Source of the DNA: Cyanophora paradoxa CCMP329
Lineage: Eukaryota > Plantae > Glaucophyta
DNA length: 64,000 nucleotides
Direction: 5' to 3'
Assembly: GCA_004431415.1 (NCBI GenBank)
Contig: QPMI01000530.1
Span: 162,420-226,419, forward strand
The notes under the pieces: generated by a model
What the model saw: the letters and a program-made list of their open reading frames with translations, nothing else
Told to the model about the DNA's origin: nothing
Databases searched by the model: none
Program-made: the position numbers and the translations under genes
In this document: in pieces, positions 38,544 through 51,281 of the stretch
How the letters are laid out: each line of letters starts with the position of its first letter
Numbering within the stretch: the first letter of the stretch is position 1

Positions 38544-40741
38544 ATGTCCATTCCCGCGCCGGCCCATCCACGTGCACGGCAGACTGACCGCCCTCGTACA
38601 GGGTCGCTTCCAGGCGTGAACCGCTCTCGTCCAGGCTCGCTTCCAGGCTCTGCGCACGCGACCTTCGCTCGTCGAAGCCCTCAGCGGTCTCTCAGCCGCT
38701 GAGCGGCGCTCCGGCAGCTCAAGCGCGACGAGCCGCTGCGCTCGCATCATCTGAGCGTGCCGGGCCCCGGTTCCCCCCTTTTCCCCCCCCCTCGCCTCTT
38801 TCTCGTACCCCCTCTCACGCCTTCGTTCGCAGCTGCACCGCGTCGTTCGTGGCGCGGGACAAGAACCGCAACGTGGCGCGGACGCTCGACGTCCTGGCGA
38901 GCCGTACCCCCCCGCTCCCCTTGTATTCTCTACACCCACCCCTTCTGAACCGGCGCTGCCCCCCCCCCCCCCCCCAGGACGCGGTGCACGCCGAGGTGGT
39001 GGGCCCCGCGCGCTGCTTCTGCGAGGTCAAAGACGGCGGCGAGGGGACGTGCGCCCCGTACCCCCCTGCAATCCCTCCCGCCCCCCCCCCCCCCCCCCCC
39101 CCCCGGCTCAGCGTCTTGCCTCGCCTCGCCTCGCTGCAGCTTCGAGGTGGGGTTCCGGCCGCAGCTGCCCGGCGACTACGCCCTCCACATCGCCGTGCGC
39201 TAGTACCCCCGTCTTCCCCCCCCCCCTCCTTTCCCCTGTGCTGGCGCCTGAAAAGGGTCTTGAACGGGCGCAGGTCAACGGGGAGGCGGTGCAGGGGAGC
39301 CCCCTCTGCTGGACCGTCGTCCGCGGTGAGGCCCTTCCCGCCCCCCGCCCCCTGCCCCTTCCTCTTGTGTTCTGAGGCGGCGGCAGAGCGCGCGGGGCGG
39401 TCGACGCCGGCGCTGCGGCAGCCGCTGGGGGCGAGCCTGGCGCTGGTCCAGTCCAGCTCAGGCCCCCACGCCTCGGCGATGCAGCGGGCGCTCCTCTGCG
39501 CGGCGCTGCAGCGCGCCGACGCGGCGGCGCGTCCGCCGCGCACGCTGCTCCTCTCGGCCGTCTGCACCCTCCTCGACTCGCTGCGGGCCGCCACCGTTTC
39601 CCTCCTCCGCTTCGCCGGGGGCACCCGCGGCCTCGAGCCCGACGTCTTCATCTGTACCCCCCGCAGGGCCAGCGAGGCGAACGCCTGTACCCCCCTCTGT
39701 CTCCTCGCCTCAGATGAGCGTCCCCGCGCCTCAGATGACGCTGGGGGCGGACCCGGCGCTCGGCGTCGAGCGCGGCTGGGCCCGCGGCTTCGAAGGCGCC
39801 GACGAGGACGGCTGCCCCCACGCCGTCGCGGTGGGCCCCCGCCCCGGGCCCGGCTGCTCCGCCACCGGATCTCCTCTTTACTGTATCCCCCCAACGCAGA
39901 CGTACGCCTTTGCGGACGCGCTGCGGACCTTCGCGGCGTCCCTCACGCCTGAGGACATCGCCGCCGGCGCCCGCTGCGTCCTGGTACCCCCTCCCGGAGT
40001 CCCTCTCCACCCGCCCAGTACCCTCCTAACATCTCTTCCCCCCCCCCCCCCCCCCCCCTCCAGGTGCTTCTCTCGGACGGGCGGCGTCTGGCGCCCGAGC
40101 ACTTCGAGCCGCGCCTCGAGGCCCTCGTCTCCGTGCGCCCGGGCTCGAATCCCGCGGGGGCCCTTTCTTCTCGGCGCGCCCGCAGCTGACGCCCCCGCAG
40201 CTCGTCCCGCAGCTGCCCCCCCTCTCCTTCCACATCATCGCCCCCGTCGAGGCCGTGCGCTCTCCCACCCGATACCGTACCCCCTGCCGAACCCTTTCGA
40301 TCCCGTACCTTAGGACCAAGTCTTCCTCAAGACTGTGCAGGGCGACGTAGGCGCCGAGGCGCGCGGGGCCGCAGATGTCGTCCTGCCCACCGGCGGTAAC
40401 CCCCCTCCCCACCTTCCCGATTCGGTACCCCCATGCCGATTCCCTCCCCCGCCAGACTCGAGAGAGGAGGCCCTCGAGGTTGCCCTCGCGACTGTGCGCC
40501 CTCCGCCTGCCCCGCTGTGTACCCCCGTCCCCTAACGCGGTACCCCCCGCAGATCAAGCCGCAGCCGAGCTCACAGCTTCCTCCCCTGCGGCAAGGCGAG
40601 GTGAGCAGGAGGGGTACCTGGATCCAGAAGGCGGCGAAGGCGTCGTCGTCGGTCGAGGGTGACGGCGCGGGCACGCTTGATGCGGGCGCCCGCCGGCTGG
40701 CCCTGACGCCCCTTCGCTCCCCCACCCCCTCCCCCGAGTGA
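38544..40741 (+). CDS. Multi-exon host gene with a filamin/ABP280 Ig repeat followed by a vWA-like region (boundaries approximate)
   Basis: Exons separated by short C-rich GT-AG introns read SFVARDKNRN / VHAEVVGP..EVKDGGEGT / FEVGFRPQLPGDYALHIAV / VNGEAVQGSPL; later VLLSDG. Confidence 0.6.
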
Positions 40742-41314
40742 TGCAATGCGAGTGATGCAATACTATGCGAGTGATGCAATACCAGTACTATGATATTAGT
40801 TCTTAATCTATTGATTCGGGGCCCGCTGGACGACGACCTCAGGCCGTGTCAGTGCCCCGTACCGCGAGCGACGCCGGATGGCGATTGACGCACGACTACG
40901 GCTCCTTCATTCTAGTCTGTGGCCGCGCAGTGAGCCTGTTGAGAGCGCGATCGAGCGCCGCGGCCGTCAGCCCCTGCCCTGAAAATGGGCACGGGACTGC
41001 AGCTGACCACGGCTGCGGCGCGAGCCGGCGCCCCTGCAGACGCGTCTCCGAAGCTCTGCTCGCGGCCGCCGGGCGGCGCAGGCGGCGCGGGTCGCGGCGC
41101 GACAACGTCGGCGGGGCCTCGGCCGGCGCCGTGGAGCGTCTCCCGGGTCCACCCAACAGCCAGGAGCAAGTGCGGCACCCGTGAATGACGTGGCCCAGTG
41201 GGTCGACGTCCACATGGCGAGCTCGGTGATCCGGAATGTGCGAAACCGAACCACTGCATGGGACCTCAGGCCTTAGCAGAGCCGGGCGGACCCGAAAATG
41301 ACCGTTGCGGGTCA

Positions 41315-41374
41315 GTCCCTCTGGCGAAATGGATAACGCGTTCGCCTCCTAAGCGAAAGATTCGGGGTTCGAGT
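41315..41374 (+). pseudogene. 3'-truncated tRNA-Arg(CCT) copy
   Basis: GTCCCTCTGGCGAAATGG...GGGGTTCGAGT, then unrelated AT-rich sequence. Confidence 0.9.
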
Positions 41375-41749
41375 TATTCATTAATATTGTTCAATCATTA
41401 ACAAGGGATAACGTTAACAGTCGATGATGATGCATGCAGATAGGGCCCATGATCAGCGGCAATACTACGGATACTGATGTATAGCTGAAATTGACCTGGG
41501 CCGCATCAGCCGAATTTGATTCGCAGAAATCGAGCTCGAACCACATGCGCGCGCGCACGCGCACACGACGAAGACGGTCAGGATCATGCTCATGAATTAA
41601 TATTAGCTCGCGGTGGCCCGCCGCCTCCGCCGCCTCCGCCACGGCCACGGCCGCGCCGCGTTGCTCCGGACCCTGGCCACGCCCGGCATCAGATCCAGAC
41701 GGTATCATTCGACCCGCAGATGGCTATATAGATCTAAAGCCGCAGCTGC

Positions 41750-43495
41750 GAAATTTGCAACTTGGCAAGCGCGCATGCGCACCCGATCGCGACGAATTCG
41801 AATTCGAAGGCGGCTGGCCCGCCGCCTCCGCCTCGAGCTCCGCCTCCGCCAGGGCCAGGCGGGCCTCGAGGGCGGCCTTCTTCCCCTCCGCCGCCCGCCG
41901 CTCCACCTCCCGCTCCCGCTGCTCCGAGCGTGAGGGAAGCCGAGTCAAGCAGACAGTCGACGTCGGATAGAAATAAGGTCGGGATTTGGACCCGGCCGCG
42001 GGTTTTGAGGAGGCCGGGGAAATTAAACAGGATTTGGGTTAGGGTTGGGCCCGAAGGAGAGGGACAGGGGAAGTGATTTTCCCTTTCCCGATAAGCTCGA
42101 GCTCGGGATTTGGACCCATGACCAGACGCGCCTGGAGCAGCCCGAGGGCGGCGGCGAGGCCGGCCTCGCGCTCCGCCGCCGCCGCCAGCAGCGCCTCCAG
42201 TCCCGCCACGCGGCACTGCAGCGGCTCGACGGCCGCTTCGACTTCGGATCGGAGGGGCTGCGAATTCGACTGCGCCAGGCGCGGGCCCGGGCCGCCCGGC
42301 GGCTGGTAGGGGCGCGGCGCCGGCGTCGGCGCCGGCGCCGACGTCGACCGAGAGGAGAGCCGGAGGTGGTTTGGAGCGGGTCGAGAGCCAGTGCCAATAT
42401 TAAAGTTGCTGTTTGTTGCGCTCGAGCTCGCGATGGTGGCAGGCGCGCTAGCGCTTGCAGCTGCAGCTGCGGGTGCGGGCGCGGGTGCGGGTGCGGCGTG
42501 TACAGAAGCTTCAAGAACAGCGGCTGCAGGGGCCACTGGGGCTGGAGCTGGAATCGCCGGAATAGGCGGAGCAGGAGCTGGAGCTGGAGCTGCAGCTGGA
42601 GCTGCAGCTGGAGCAGGGGCCACCGGAGCTGGAATAGACGGCGCTGCAGCTGAAGCGACGGCTGCAGCTGAAGCAACAGCCGCCTGCGGGCCCGAATTCG
42701 ACCGATGCCCGTCGAGCTCGAGCTCGAGCGGGGCGCGGCAGATGGGGCAGCAGCCGTCCGAGAAGTCCGAGCGGGCCCAGCCGTCGATGCACCCGCCGTG
42801 GAACTCGTCTACGAAACTCATGCGTGATCAGGGCCGTCGGACAGGGCCGGGAGGAACTTCGGAAGCACACGCACGGGCGCAGGGGGGGCGGCGGGCGGGG
42901 CCGCGCGGGGCCGACGCCGTCAGCGGCTCGCTGCAGATGGATCACTCGCGGTCGTCCGGATCCTCGTCGATCGAGATGCTGCATTGGACGGATATCGATC
43001 AGAAGATCCTATACCAATGCCATATTTATATTTAAACGCCTTGGTAGCAAAAATCCAATTCTAAATTCAAATTAAAGTCTCACGTTGCCGCCGGCACCGG
43101 TGCATGTGCCGGTACCGGTGTTGCTGCGGCGGGGTGGTGCAGGTATCTGCGAAAATAAGCAGTCAGCTATACGGATCAAGGGATATCGGAGGCAGGCACC
43201 GAAACATGGCGTACTGGCAACGGCTTCCAAGGCGGCAAAAGCCCCTCGCGAAATGGCGACATGCAGATCTGAGAGGGCTTTTCTTCGCACTCGCTTCCTT
43301 ACCCTTTGCCTTCATCAGCTTGCGGTCCGCTTTCGAAGGGGCCTTCTGTTTGCTCCCGCGGCCGGCCAGGTTCGACCCGGCCTTGGCCTTGGCGGCCGAA
43401 TCGCGTTTGCCATCGGGAGAGGCCGCCGCCGGCGCCGGCCGGGGCTGAACAGGTGCGATCGGCGGGAATTCGATGAGCGACTCGATATCAGGCAC
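41750..43495 (-). CDS. CCCH zinc finger + RING finger protein (makorin-like architecture), possibly pseudogenised
   Basis: CRHFARGFCRLGSRCQY (CCCH-type); RE*SICSEPL (first RING Cys replaced by TGA at ~42942); EFHGGCIDGW...CPICR; Ala/Pro linker; coiled coil. Confidence 0.55.
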
Positions 43496-44113
43496 CTCCA
43501 GCTCCGACTCGCGATCGCTGCTGAGAGGTCAGGGCTCGAATTTTCGAAAAGCGAGTTTCGTAAAGAGAGGAATTCGAAGAGGAATGGGGAAGAGGGAAAC
43601 TCGAACACGCCTGGAGTTGGAGCGCGGGGCCTCGTCGCGATCGCGATGGGCAAGAGCAGACTGAGCGGCTGCAAGCTGCTCCACCAACGATCCCGAGCTC
43701 GAGGGCAGCTGCGGCGCTCTGTCCACGCGAGCCTTCTGCGGAGAGACGACGGTCGGTTTGCAGTGAACCTCGCAGTTAAAACCCCGCATCGCATTAATAG
43801 ACCTCATCGATAATCAAAGCAATTTACGATCGATTCCTTACCAATGCCCGATAGGAATCGTAAATTGCTCACTTTTCATCAACCCTCGATCAAAAACCAT
43901 GACCCCCTACCTATGCCTCTCATATATATCTATCGACTTTATTGATAAATCACATTTTCTCTCTTTACCCATGACCCCCTCCCTGTGGTTTTACTGTAAG
44001 ATTCTATTGTATCTATACGGAAAAAAGGATATACTATATCTTTTTTTAACGATAGATTTACCGTAAGAATATTGAACAGTATTCGATATTCTAACAGTAG
44101 ATCCATTGTAAGG

Positions 44114-44135
44114 AAAAAGGGGAATCCCCTTTTTT
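44114..44135 (-). terminator. Palindrome at the stop of the last fibre-cluster gene, putative terminator/polyadenylation hairpin
   Basis: AAAAAGGGGAATCCCCTTTTT directly after TGA at 44135. Confidence 0.5.
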
Positions 44136-44446
44136 CATACAGTAGCCACTGTAATTAGATTAGATCCCAATCCTTGATAAACCTCCATTAATCCATACAG
44201 ATTTGATGTCATACTCTTGTATTTGGTATCAAGATCTTCATATTTTGTAACTGGATCACCTGTTGCAGATTGGGAAATTGCATTAATTAATAGGTATTTA
44301 TAATCATGAACTACTGAGTTCAGCTTATTTAATTGCTGAACGGATTTCTCTATAGTTTGCAGAGCAGTTACAAGTGTAGCCGAGTCGAATGCCAGTGAAA
44401 CAGGTTCACCTGTCATTGGGGTTCCACCAAGTGGATAGGTCGCCAT
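44135..44446 (-). CDS. Hypothetical 103-aa helical protein
   Basis: Clean ATG ORF abutting the fibre gene. Confidence 0.6.
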   Translation of the reverse strand: MATYPLGGTPMTGEPVSLAFDSATLVTALQTIEKSVQQLNKLNSVVHDYKYLLINAISQSATGDPVTKYEDLDTKYKSMTSNLYGLMEVYQGLGSNLITVATV

Positions 44447-44452
44447 TTACTA

Positions 44453-47400
44453 TCATGTCACATTTTTTAATTGATCAATTTGATCTTGTAAACTCTTGCA
44501 TTTGTGTGACAATTCCTTTACGGCCTCAATGAGAACAGGGATTAATGCAGTGTATTCAATTGCTAATGCATTATTCTCTTCTTTTGTAACTTTCACAACC
44601 TCTGGAATAATCTCTCGGACATCTTGCGCAATCAGTCCCAACTTAACCCCATCCTTTTCATGTCCAAGTCTTTTGTAACTCACACCAGTGAGCCTTTCAA
44701 TAGATGTTAGAGCGCCTGTTAATTGTTTAATATCTGTTTTGTATCTTCTATCACTTCCCTGTGACAGATATCCAGCAAGCCACATATTACCGTTATCGTA
44801 AATGTAAGCAAGCTGCCCATCACTTGAATTTCTAAATGAAAAGGGAGTCCCAGTATGCCCTCTTAAATGGGTTGTGCCTTGGTATGCGAAAAAGAACCTT
44901 TGATAACCATCTTTGGAAGTTATCCATGTATCCTCGGGCCAATATGAACAAGTCGGTTTACTATAAACATTATCCAAGAAATAAACCCTGTGTGACCCCA
45001 TAGCTGCTTCCTGTCCAAAGGCGGGTGAACCCTATACCCATAATGTGAACTCTTCCAATCTTTGGGACAATTCGCAGGCGAACGAAGCGATTGCCAAGCA
45101 TGATTTGAACATTATTTATACCATTGTGATTGTTGTCAGGTGAGCCTTCATATGGATGGTAACTGTTTACCCTTGTTATAAATATTGCATTACCTTGTCG
45201 ATTTATTCCCCAAACCTCGAAATAACGGCAATTTGTCCAAGGAAGATAGGTCAAGTGGGCTGTTCCCGTATACAAATCCGTTGGAATTGTGTATTCAATC
45301 CATATATTGTTATTGAATGTATCAGCTATTTGATCACCACTTTCATTGTTATAAGCATATCCACCGTAGTTATAGTACGGCTCCCATGCCCACCCTGTTC
45401 CAAAACCCCAATTTCCTGTATATGAGTGTGGGGTGTGTCCGGAAACCGTAGCATCGAATTCTACACATCGGGGCATAGTTTTGTCGCCAAACTTATAATT
45501 TGTAGTAGCATTAATTGACCCTCCATTAATAATTGTTCCACTGAGAGTGGGTGCGCTCACAGTATTATTTACCCAAAGGTTTCCATTGTTATAAGACTTT
45601 AAAATGGCCGCATCTGCTGAGTTTCTAAATTCAATTGACACACCTTCACTATTCCCATAACCCCGTATGTATGTGGTATTACCATTTCCAAACCAAAACC
45701 TCGGAATGTTATCTGTTGATTTGTGCCAATCCACAGAATTCACTGTCAATAAACTACCTAATGAATAAGATGCTTCTGCCTTTGTTGCGTAAGTTGCTGC
45801 AAAATCCGGTTTACTAAACACATTATCCCAACTTATCAAACCAACATCATTATCGGTTGCTCTCTGACGACTCCAACCAAAAACCCTGTGAGATGAATGC
45901 GACCTTTTCGACCTTGAACATATATCTTTGTGTAGAACTCGCAATTGACAGATATGAAGAGTATACCTGATTGGGTTCCATCATGAGCTGATGCTTGAAT
46001 ACCTTGATAGACATTCACACGTCGAAGGAAATGCTGGTTGTTATTGGCTGTTTGGCCGTAAATGTCAAAGTATCTGCAATTGCCCCAACACATAGTCTGA
46101 ATGTAGAAGGTTTTCATTCCTGTTGGAACAGCCCATCGCATCCAATACCCACTACAATCTTCATCATTTTGTGGTGTAGTGTAGCATCCTGCTTGTCCTG
46201 TTCTCGGTGACCAACCAGTTGTCCAATTACCACTATTGTCAGAAGAAATAGCAGCCAATTGGTCAAAATCGTATCCTTTTGGTATTGCTGTCCCAACTAT
46301 TTGAAGATTAGACGCATTCAAAGTCCCATCAATTGTTCCTCCTGTCTTTGGAAGATAGCTACCCAGCCACCCTTGAACTACATTAGAGGATGTGAGATTT
46401 TGAGTACTGCTTGTAATGTCTACTGCTGCTATCCAGCTTTGAACTACATTACTACTGGGCAAAGGCTCAATTAGAGTTTGAACAGTTGACATATCGGCCT
46501 TGGGAGCCAACCAGCCTTGAACTACATTTGAAGCCGTTAAAGGGGCTATTAAAATATTAACTGTTGCTGTATCTGCTTTTGGAGCCAACCAGTCTTGAAT
46601 TACATTCGAAGTTGGGATATTTGGCAAGGACACATTACTGCTCACTGTGAGATTATCAACTACTACATTTGAGGATATTTGGATATGCTCTTTTATATTG
46701 TATTGAGGGTTAGTTGAGGCACACCAAGACCTGCTACCCCGTACTTTTGAGATAGATAGTATCGCACACAAGCCAATTCATCGGCAGACAATGCTCTATT
46801 ATACACTACTATTTCCGCAAGGTCACAATCCATTCGTCCGGTTCCAAGCCAATTCATTATTCGTGTGGGGTCATCGGTTCCAAGATAGTTACCATTGAAG
46901 GTTGCACGATTGACACCATTCATAGCAACAGTTGTGGTGGACGGCGATACCACCCAATCAAAAATACTCCACACGTCTTTATAAGAAGAGTCAAGAGTTG
47001 TTAATTGCCAAGTTCCAACACCATTAATTCTTACGTTAACTCCCAATTGAGAAACACTATATGAACCGTAATTAATATTGTGGTTATAGTTGTTTGAGTA
47101 AATACTCCAATGGTGGAGCCAAGAAGTACCTGTTGGTCTGCGAACGGAAATAATAGTGAGTCCATTGCTGAAAAACGTGATAGGTGTAGAAGGATTTATC
47201 ATAAATTCAGCCGTTCCTTGTTTGAGAACCTTATAGGAATTCAGCAGGTCGGTAGAGTGAATCTTGGCTAAAGTGTAACCAGTTGCTGGTCCTATGAGGG
47301 TTCCAAGAGCATTTGGTAGCCCTGCCGCGAAGTTAACCATCTGCGAAACCACTGCTCCAGTAGCTTCAGTAGTAGGGTACCAATGAAAGATACAATTTGG

Positions 47401-50400
47401 AATCGATAGGGGTTCAACCAGTTGGCAACGAGATTTGAGTTTGGAATTTGAGTAATATGTGTGATTACCTTGATCGATTGGTTGTTCATTATTATGGATT
47501 TGCTATTAACATTTCCATTTACTGTAAGATTTGTCGAGATTGTTCCCCAGTCAATGGAAGACAACCACCAACCAAATTATTCACAGTTGTTGTTTCCGCC
47601 TTTGAAGCCAACCAGCCTTGGACAACATTGGAAGCTGTAAGAGGGGCTATTTGAGTGTTTACAGTTGTGGTGTTTGCTTTGCCAGACAACCAGCCTTGTA
47701 CCACATTAGATGATGTCAGTGGAGCTATTTGGGTGTTGACTGTGATTGTATCTGCCTTTGGAGCAATCCACCCCTGAACTACATTTGATGATGTGAGTGG
47801 AGCAATTAAAGTATTCACAGTAGCTGTATCAGCCTTTGGAGCTAGCCATCCCTCAACTACATTTGAGGCTGTCAGTGGAGCTATCATTGTTTCAACAGTA
47901 GCTGTGTCAGCCTTTGGAGCAAGCCATCCCTGAACTGTGTTTGATGATGTAAGAGGGGCAATAAGACCTTCAACAGTACTTAAATCAGTCTTGGGAGCAA
48001 TCCATCCCTGAACTACATTTGAGGCTGTCAGTGGAGCTATCATTGTTTCAACAGTAGCTGTATCAGCCTTCGGAACAAGCCACCCCTGAACTGTGTTTGA
48101 TGATGTAAGAGGGGCAATAAGACCTTCAACAGTACTTAAATCAGCCTTGGGAGCAAGCCATCCCTGAACTACATTTGAGGCTGTCAGTGGAGCTATCATT
48201 GTTTCAACAGTAGCTGTATCAGCCTTCGGAACAAGCCACCCCTGAACTGTGTTTGATGATGTAAGAGGGCAATAAGACCTTCAACAGTACTTAAATCAGC
48301 CTTGGGAGCAATCCATCCCTGAACTACATTCGAGGCTGTCAATGGAGCTATCATTGTTTCAACAGTAGCTGTATCAGCCTTCGGAACAAGCCACCCCTGA
48401 ACTGTGTTTGATGATGTAAGAGGGCAATAAGACCTTCAACAGTACTTAAATCAGCCTTGGGAGCAAGCCATCCCTGAACTACATTTGAGGCTGTCAGTGG
48501 AGCTATCATTGTTTCAACAGTAGCTGTATCAGCCTTCGGAACAAGCCACCCCTGAACTGTGTTTGATGATGTAAGAGGGGCAATAAGACCTTCAACAGTA
48601 CTTAAATCAGCCTTGGGAGCAATCCATCCCTGAACTACATTCGAGGCTGTCAATGGAGCTATCATTGTTTCAACAGTAGCTGTATCAGCCTTCGGAACAA
48701 GCCACCCCTGAACTGTGTTTGATGATGTAAGAGGGGCAATAAGACCTTCAACAGTACTTAAATCAGCCTTGGGAGCAAGCCATCCCTGAACTATGTTTGA
48801 TGATGTGAGAGGGGCAATTAGACCTTCAACACTAATTAAATCGGCCTTGGGAGCCAGCCAGTCCATTACTATATTGCTTGTGGGAATATTGGGAAGCGAA
48901 ACATTTGAGTTCACAGTGAGATTTTCAATGACAACGTTGGATGAAGGAAGGTAAAGGTACTCTCTCACCAAGGGTGGCTGAGTGACGAGAAATCCATACT
49001 TCTGCTGGATGTGATACCTGACTGTCTGCTTCTCTTCTGCTGATAATGCCCTTTTGAAAACAATTGTTTCTGCATGGTGTCCCCAATAGGGTGGGGTGAC
49101 GTACCTAAGGTTCCCACTGGGAGGAAGGTAGTCGCCTTCAAAACTCCCCACATCTGTCCCATGAATGCCTATAACCAAATTAGTGCTGGAAACAGTAACA
49201 TCATAGTAGCTCCATGCCTGTAATCCTGTGGAGACTGTTAAAATTGCAGTACCAGAGCCACGTGTATTTCCATTGAAAAGATTTTCATGTAATCCAATAT
49301 CCATCATTTGGCTCTCTGAATCATATGCCAGAATCCCAATCTTGTAGCTTGTTGGAGTAATGGGGTCTGCGTCTTTGATTCCCCAAAATCCAAAGTGGAA
49401 CGTGGGTCTCGCTACAACAAACACTGTCAATCCTGCTGAAAATTCAACAGTGGTCAATGGAGTGGTGTAGGAGATGTTAGTGCCACTAACATAAGCTTCC
49501 CCAAGAATATCCACGGTTGTATTAATGGATAAATCAGGTGACGATAGACTGCTCAGTGTGGAAGAAACTTGATTGTATATGTTTGTGCCTGTTGTTGCCA
49601 AGTTGGTGGGAGGCTTCCATTTCCAGAAACAATTCGGGATCTGGGATGGAATATCTGTTTCTCCTGTTACTTGGTAATATTCCTCGTAGGTTGGCGAAAT
49701 TATTTGATCCAATGTCTTCTCAGTCTTTGCCCCTACTGTTGGAACTGATACACTTGCTGCTTGAATGGATCCTGTCACTCTCAATCGCGATGCATTTAAT
49801 ACAAGTTTACTATTGTCTTTAGGAAGTGTTTGAATATTCACAGGAAATCCGTAGAAGAGCTGAAGGTACCACCTTAAATTCTGTAGGTCTGTCTGGTTCA
49901 AAGCTTTTGCATAGAAAAGCATTTGACTGAAAGAAAAGTAAGATGAATCACCAGTCCCCACATCTATGTATTCCACTTGATTACTTGGTAGCCTTGAATT
50001 TGCTGTAACAGTGAAAGTTCCCCTTGTGACACCATTAACACCAACAGAGACTGTTGTAGAAGTGATGGTGATATCATATAGAGTATATTTGGTCCATTCC
50101 TCTAATGTTATTCGTACCTTTACTGATGAGTCTGAGCTGATGCTGGCATAGGTACCATCATTCTTAGTGACATATAGGTAATAGCTCGGTGTAGGGGAGA
50201 TACTATACAGTCTGCTGACTGTCCATGTTTCATTATTGTCAAGAGAAGTGAATCGAAGGATGCCTTCATGTGTTCCACTTGGAATGGCGCCAGAGCCTGT
50301 TGCCACAAATAACATGGTAACTCCTTGTGTGAAATCTATGGTCGCATATGAACCAGTAACGGGACGTACCATATACTGATGCGGCCAACCACCATTTGGC

Positions 50401-51266
50401 TCAAATCCATATGCAGGTTTGCTGTTGATTTCGTTCACAGTTGCTAAATATTTGAAAGACGATGAAATTCCAATAAGGTAATTAATGAAATTGTTATAAC
50501 CACCCACATAGTTCCCTTTCGCAAAGTTGTCCATAAGCCAAATGGTGGCATTATTGGTTTTTGTCCTTGTTTCCTTACTGGCATTAAAGTAAAGAAGGCA
50601 TTCGCTAATGCTCAGTGGGTCAAACACATTGAAGTCAATGGGTTCTGTCATAAGATATGTGGAACCCATCATTAGTTTCTCTGTAATATTAAGGTTTCCG
50701 CTTATAGTTCCTCCTGTCAATGGCAGGTAGCCTGCCAGCCAACCCTTTGTGACATTGGAAGTGGTAAAATCTGCCAGCCAGCCTTTTACAACATTCGAGT
50801 CAGCAGATGCATTGGTCAGCCCTCTAATAACATTTGATGTCCAAGGCTCCGTGGCTACGGCTTCCTTTCTCAAATAAATACTTGAGGCTCCAATTGTATT
50901 GGCAACCAAAGGAACATCGAACTCTGCTGCTTCAGAGGATATATAGGCAGCTGTTTTTCCGGCATACACATTCTGCATATAATCTGTTGGGTGAATAAAC
51001 ACATTCGAGCAGAATTGGAATGCAAAGCCACCCTCTGCGTTAGAGTTCAAGGTTCGAAAGACTGTACCATCCAGAGCATCTATGTAGCCTGTCCCTTGAT
51101 CAATGTCATATAAATGCCCAAACTCATGATAAGCATCATTCCAGAGATTTGAGTGACCTCCTATATGGGGAACATACTTGAGCAGCAGCTGGTTATTGTG
51201 GGATGGAATAGCAGGATCCTCTACTAAATATGTGTCAATGGCAATCGGAGTTGTAATGGAGGTCAT
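44453..51266 (-). CDS. Giant modular fibre protein (~2270 aa, multiple frameshifts) ending in a peptidase S74 intramolecular chaperone
   Basis: Chain of overlapping ORFs 51266->44453; three LamG-like blocks; YLPxTGGTI motifs; 26-aa stalk repeats; GSDRRYKTDIKQLTGALTSIERLTGVSY..GLIAQDV..IPEVV..IEYTALIPVLIEAVKEL. Confidence 0.85.
47600..48870 (-). repeat. 78-bp coding tandem repeat (~16 units), partly a 156-bp A/B higher-order repeat
   Basis: IAPLTASNVVQGWLAPKADLSTVEGL alternating with IAPLTSSNTVQGWLVPKADTATVETM. Confidence 0.9.
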
Positions 51267-51281
51267 TTTATAATTAAGCTT

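Larger units (their letters stand above)
32098..41009. repeat. ~235-bp dispersed repeat: 32098-32331 inverted relative to 40776-41009; diverged copy at ~38222-38470
   Basis: Near-identical reverse complement; both translate MSVPRTASDAGWRLTHDYGSFILV. Confidence 0.9.

Noticed and set aside
14330-43800. Most long Arg/Ala/Pro/Gly-rich ORFs in the ORF track
   Set aside because: Expected by chance in very GC-rich repetitive DNA; overlapping in all frames with no recognisable motifs.
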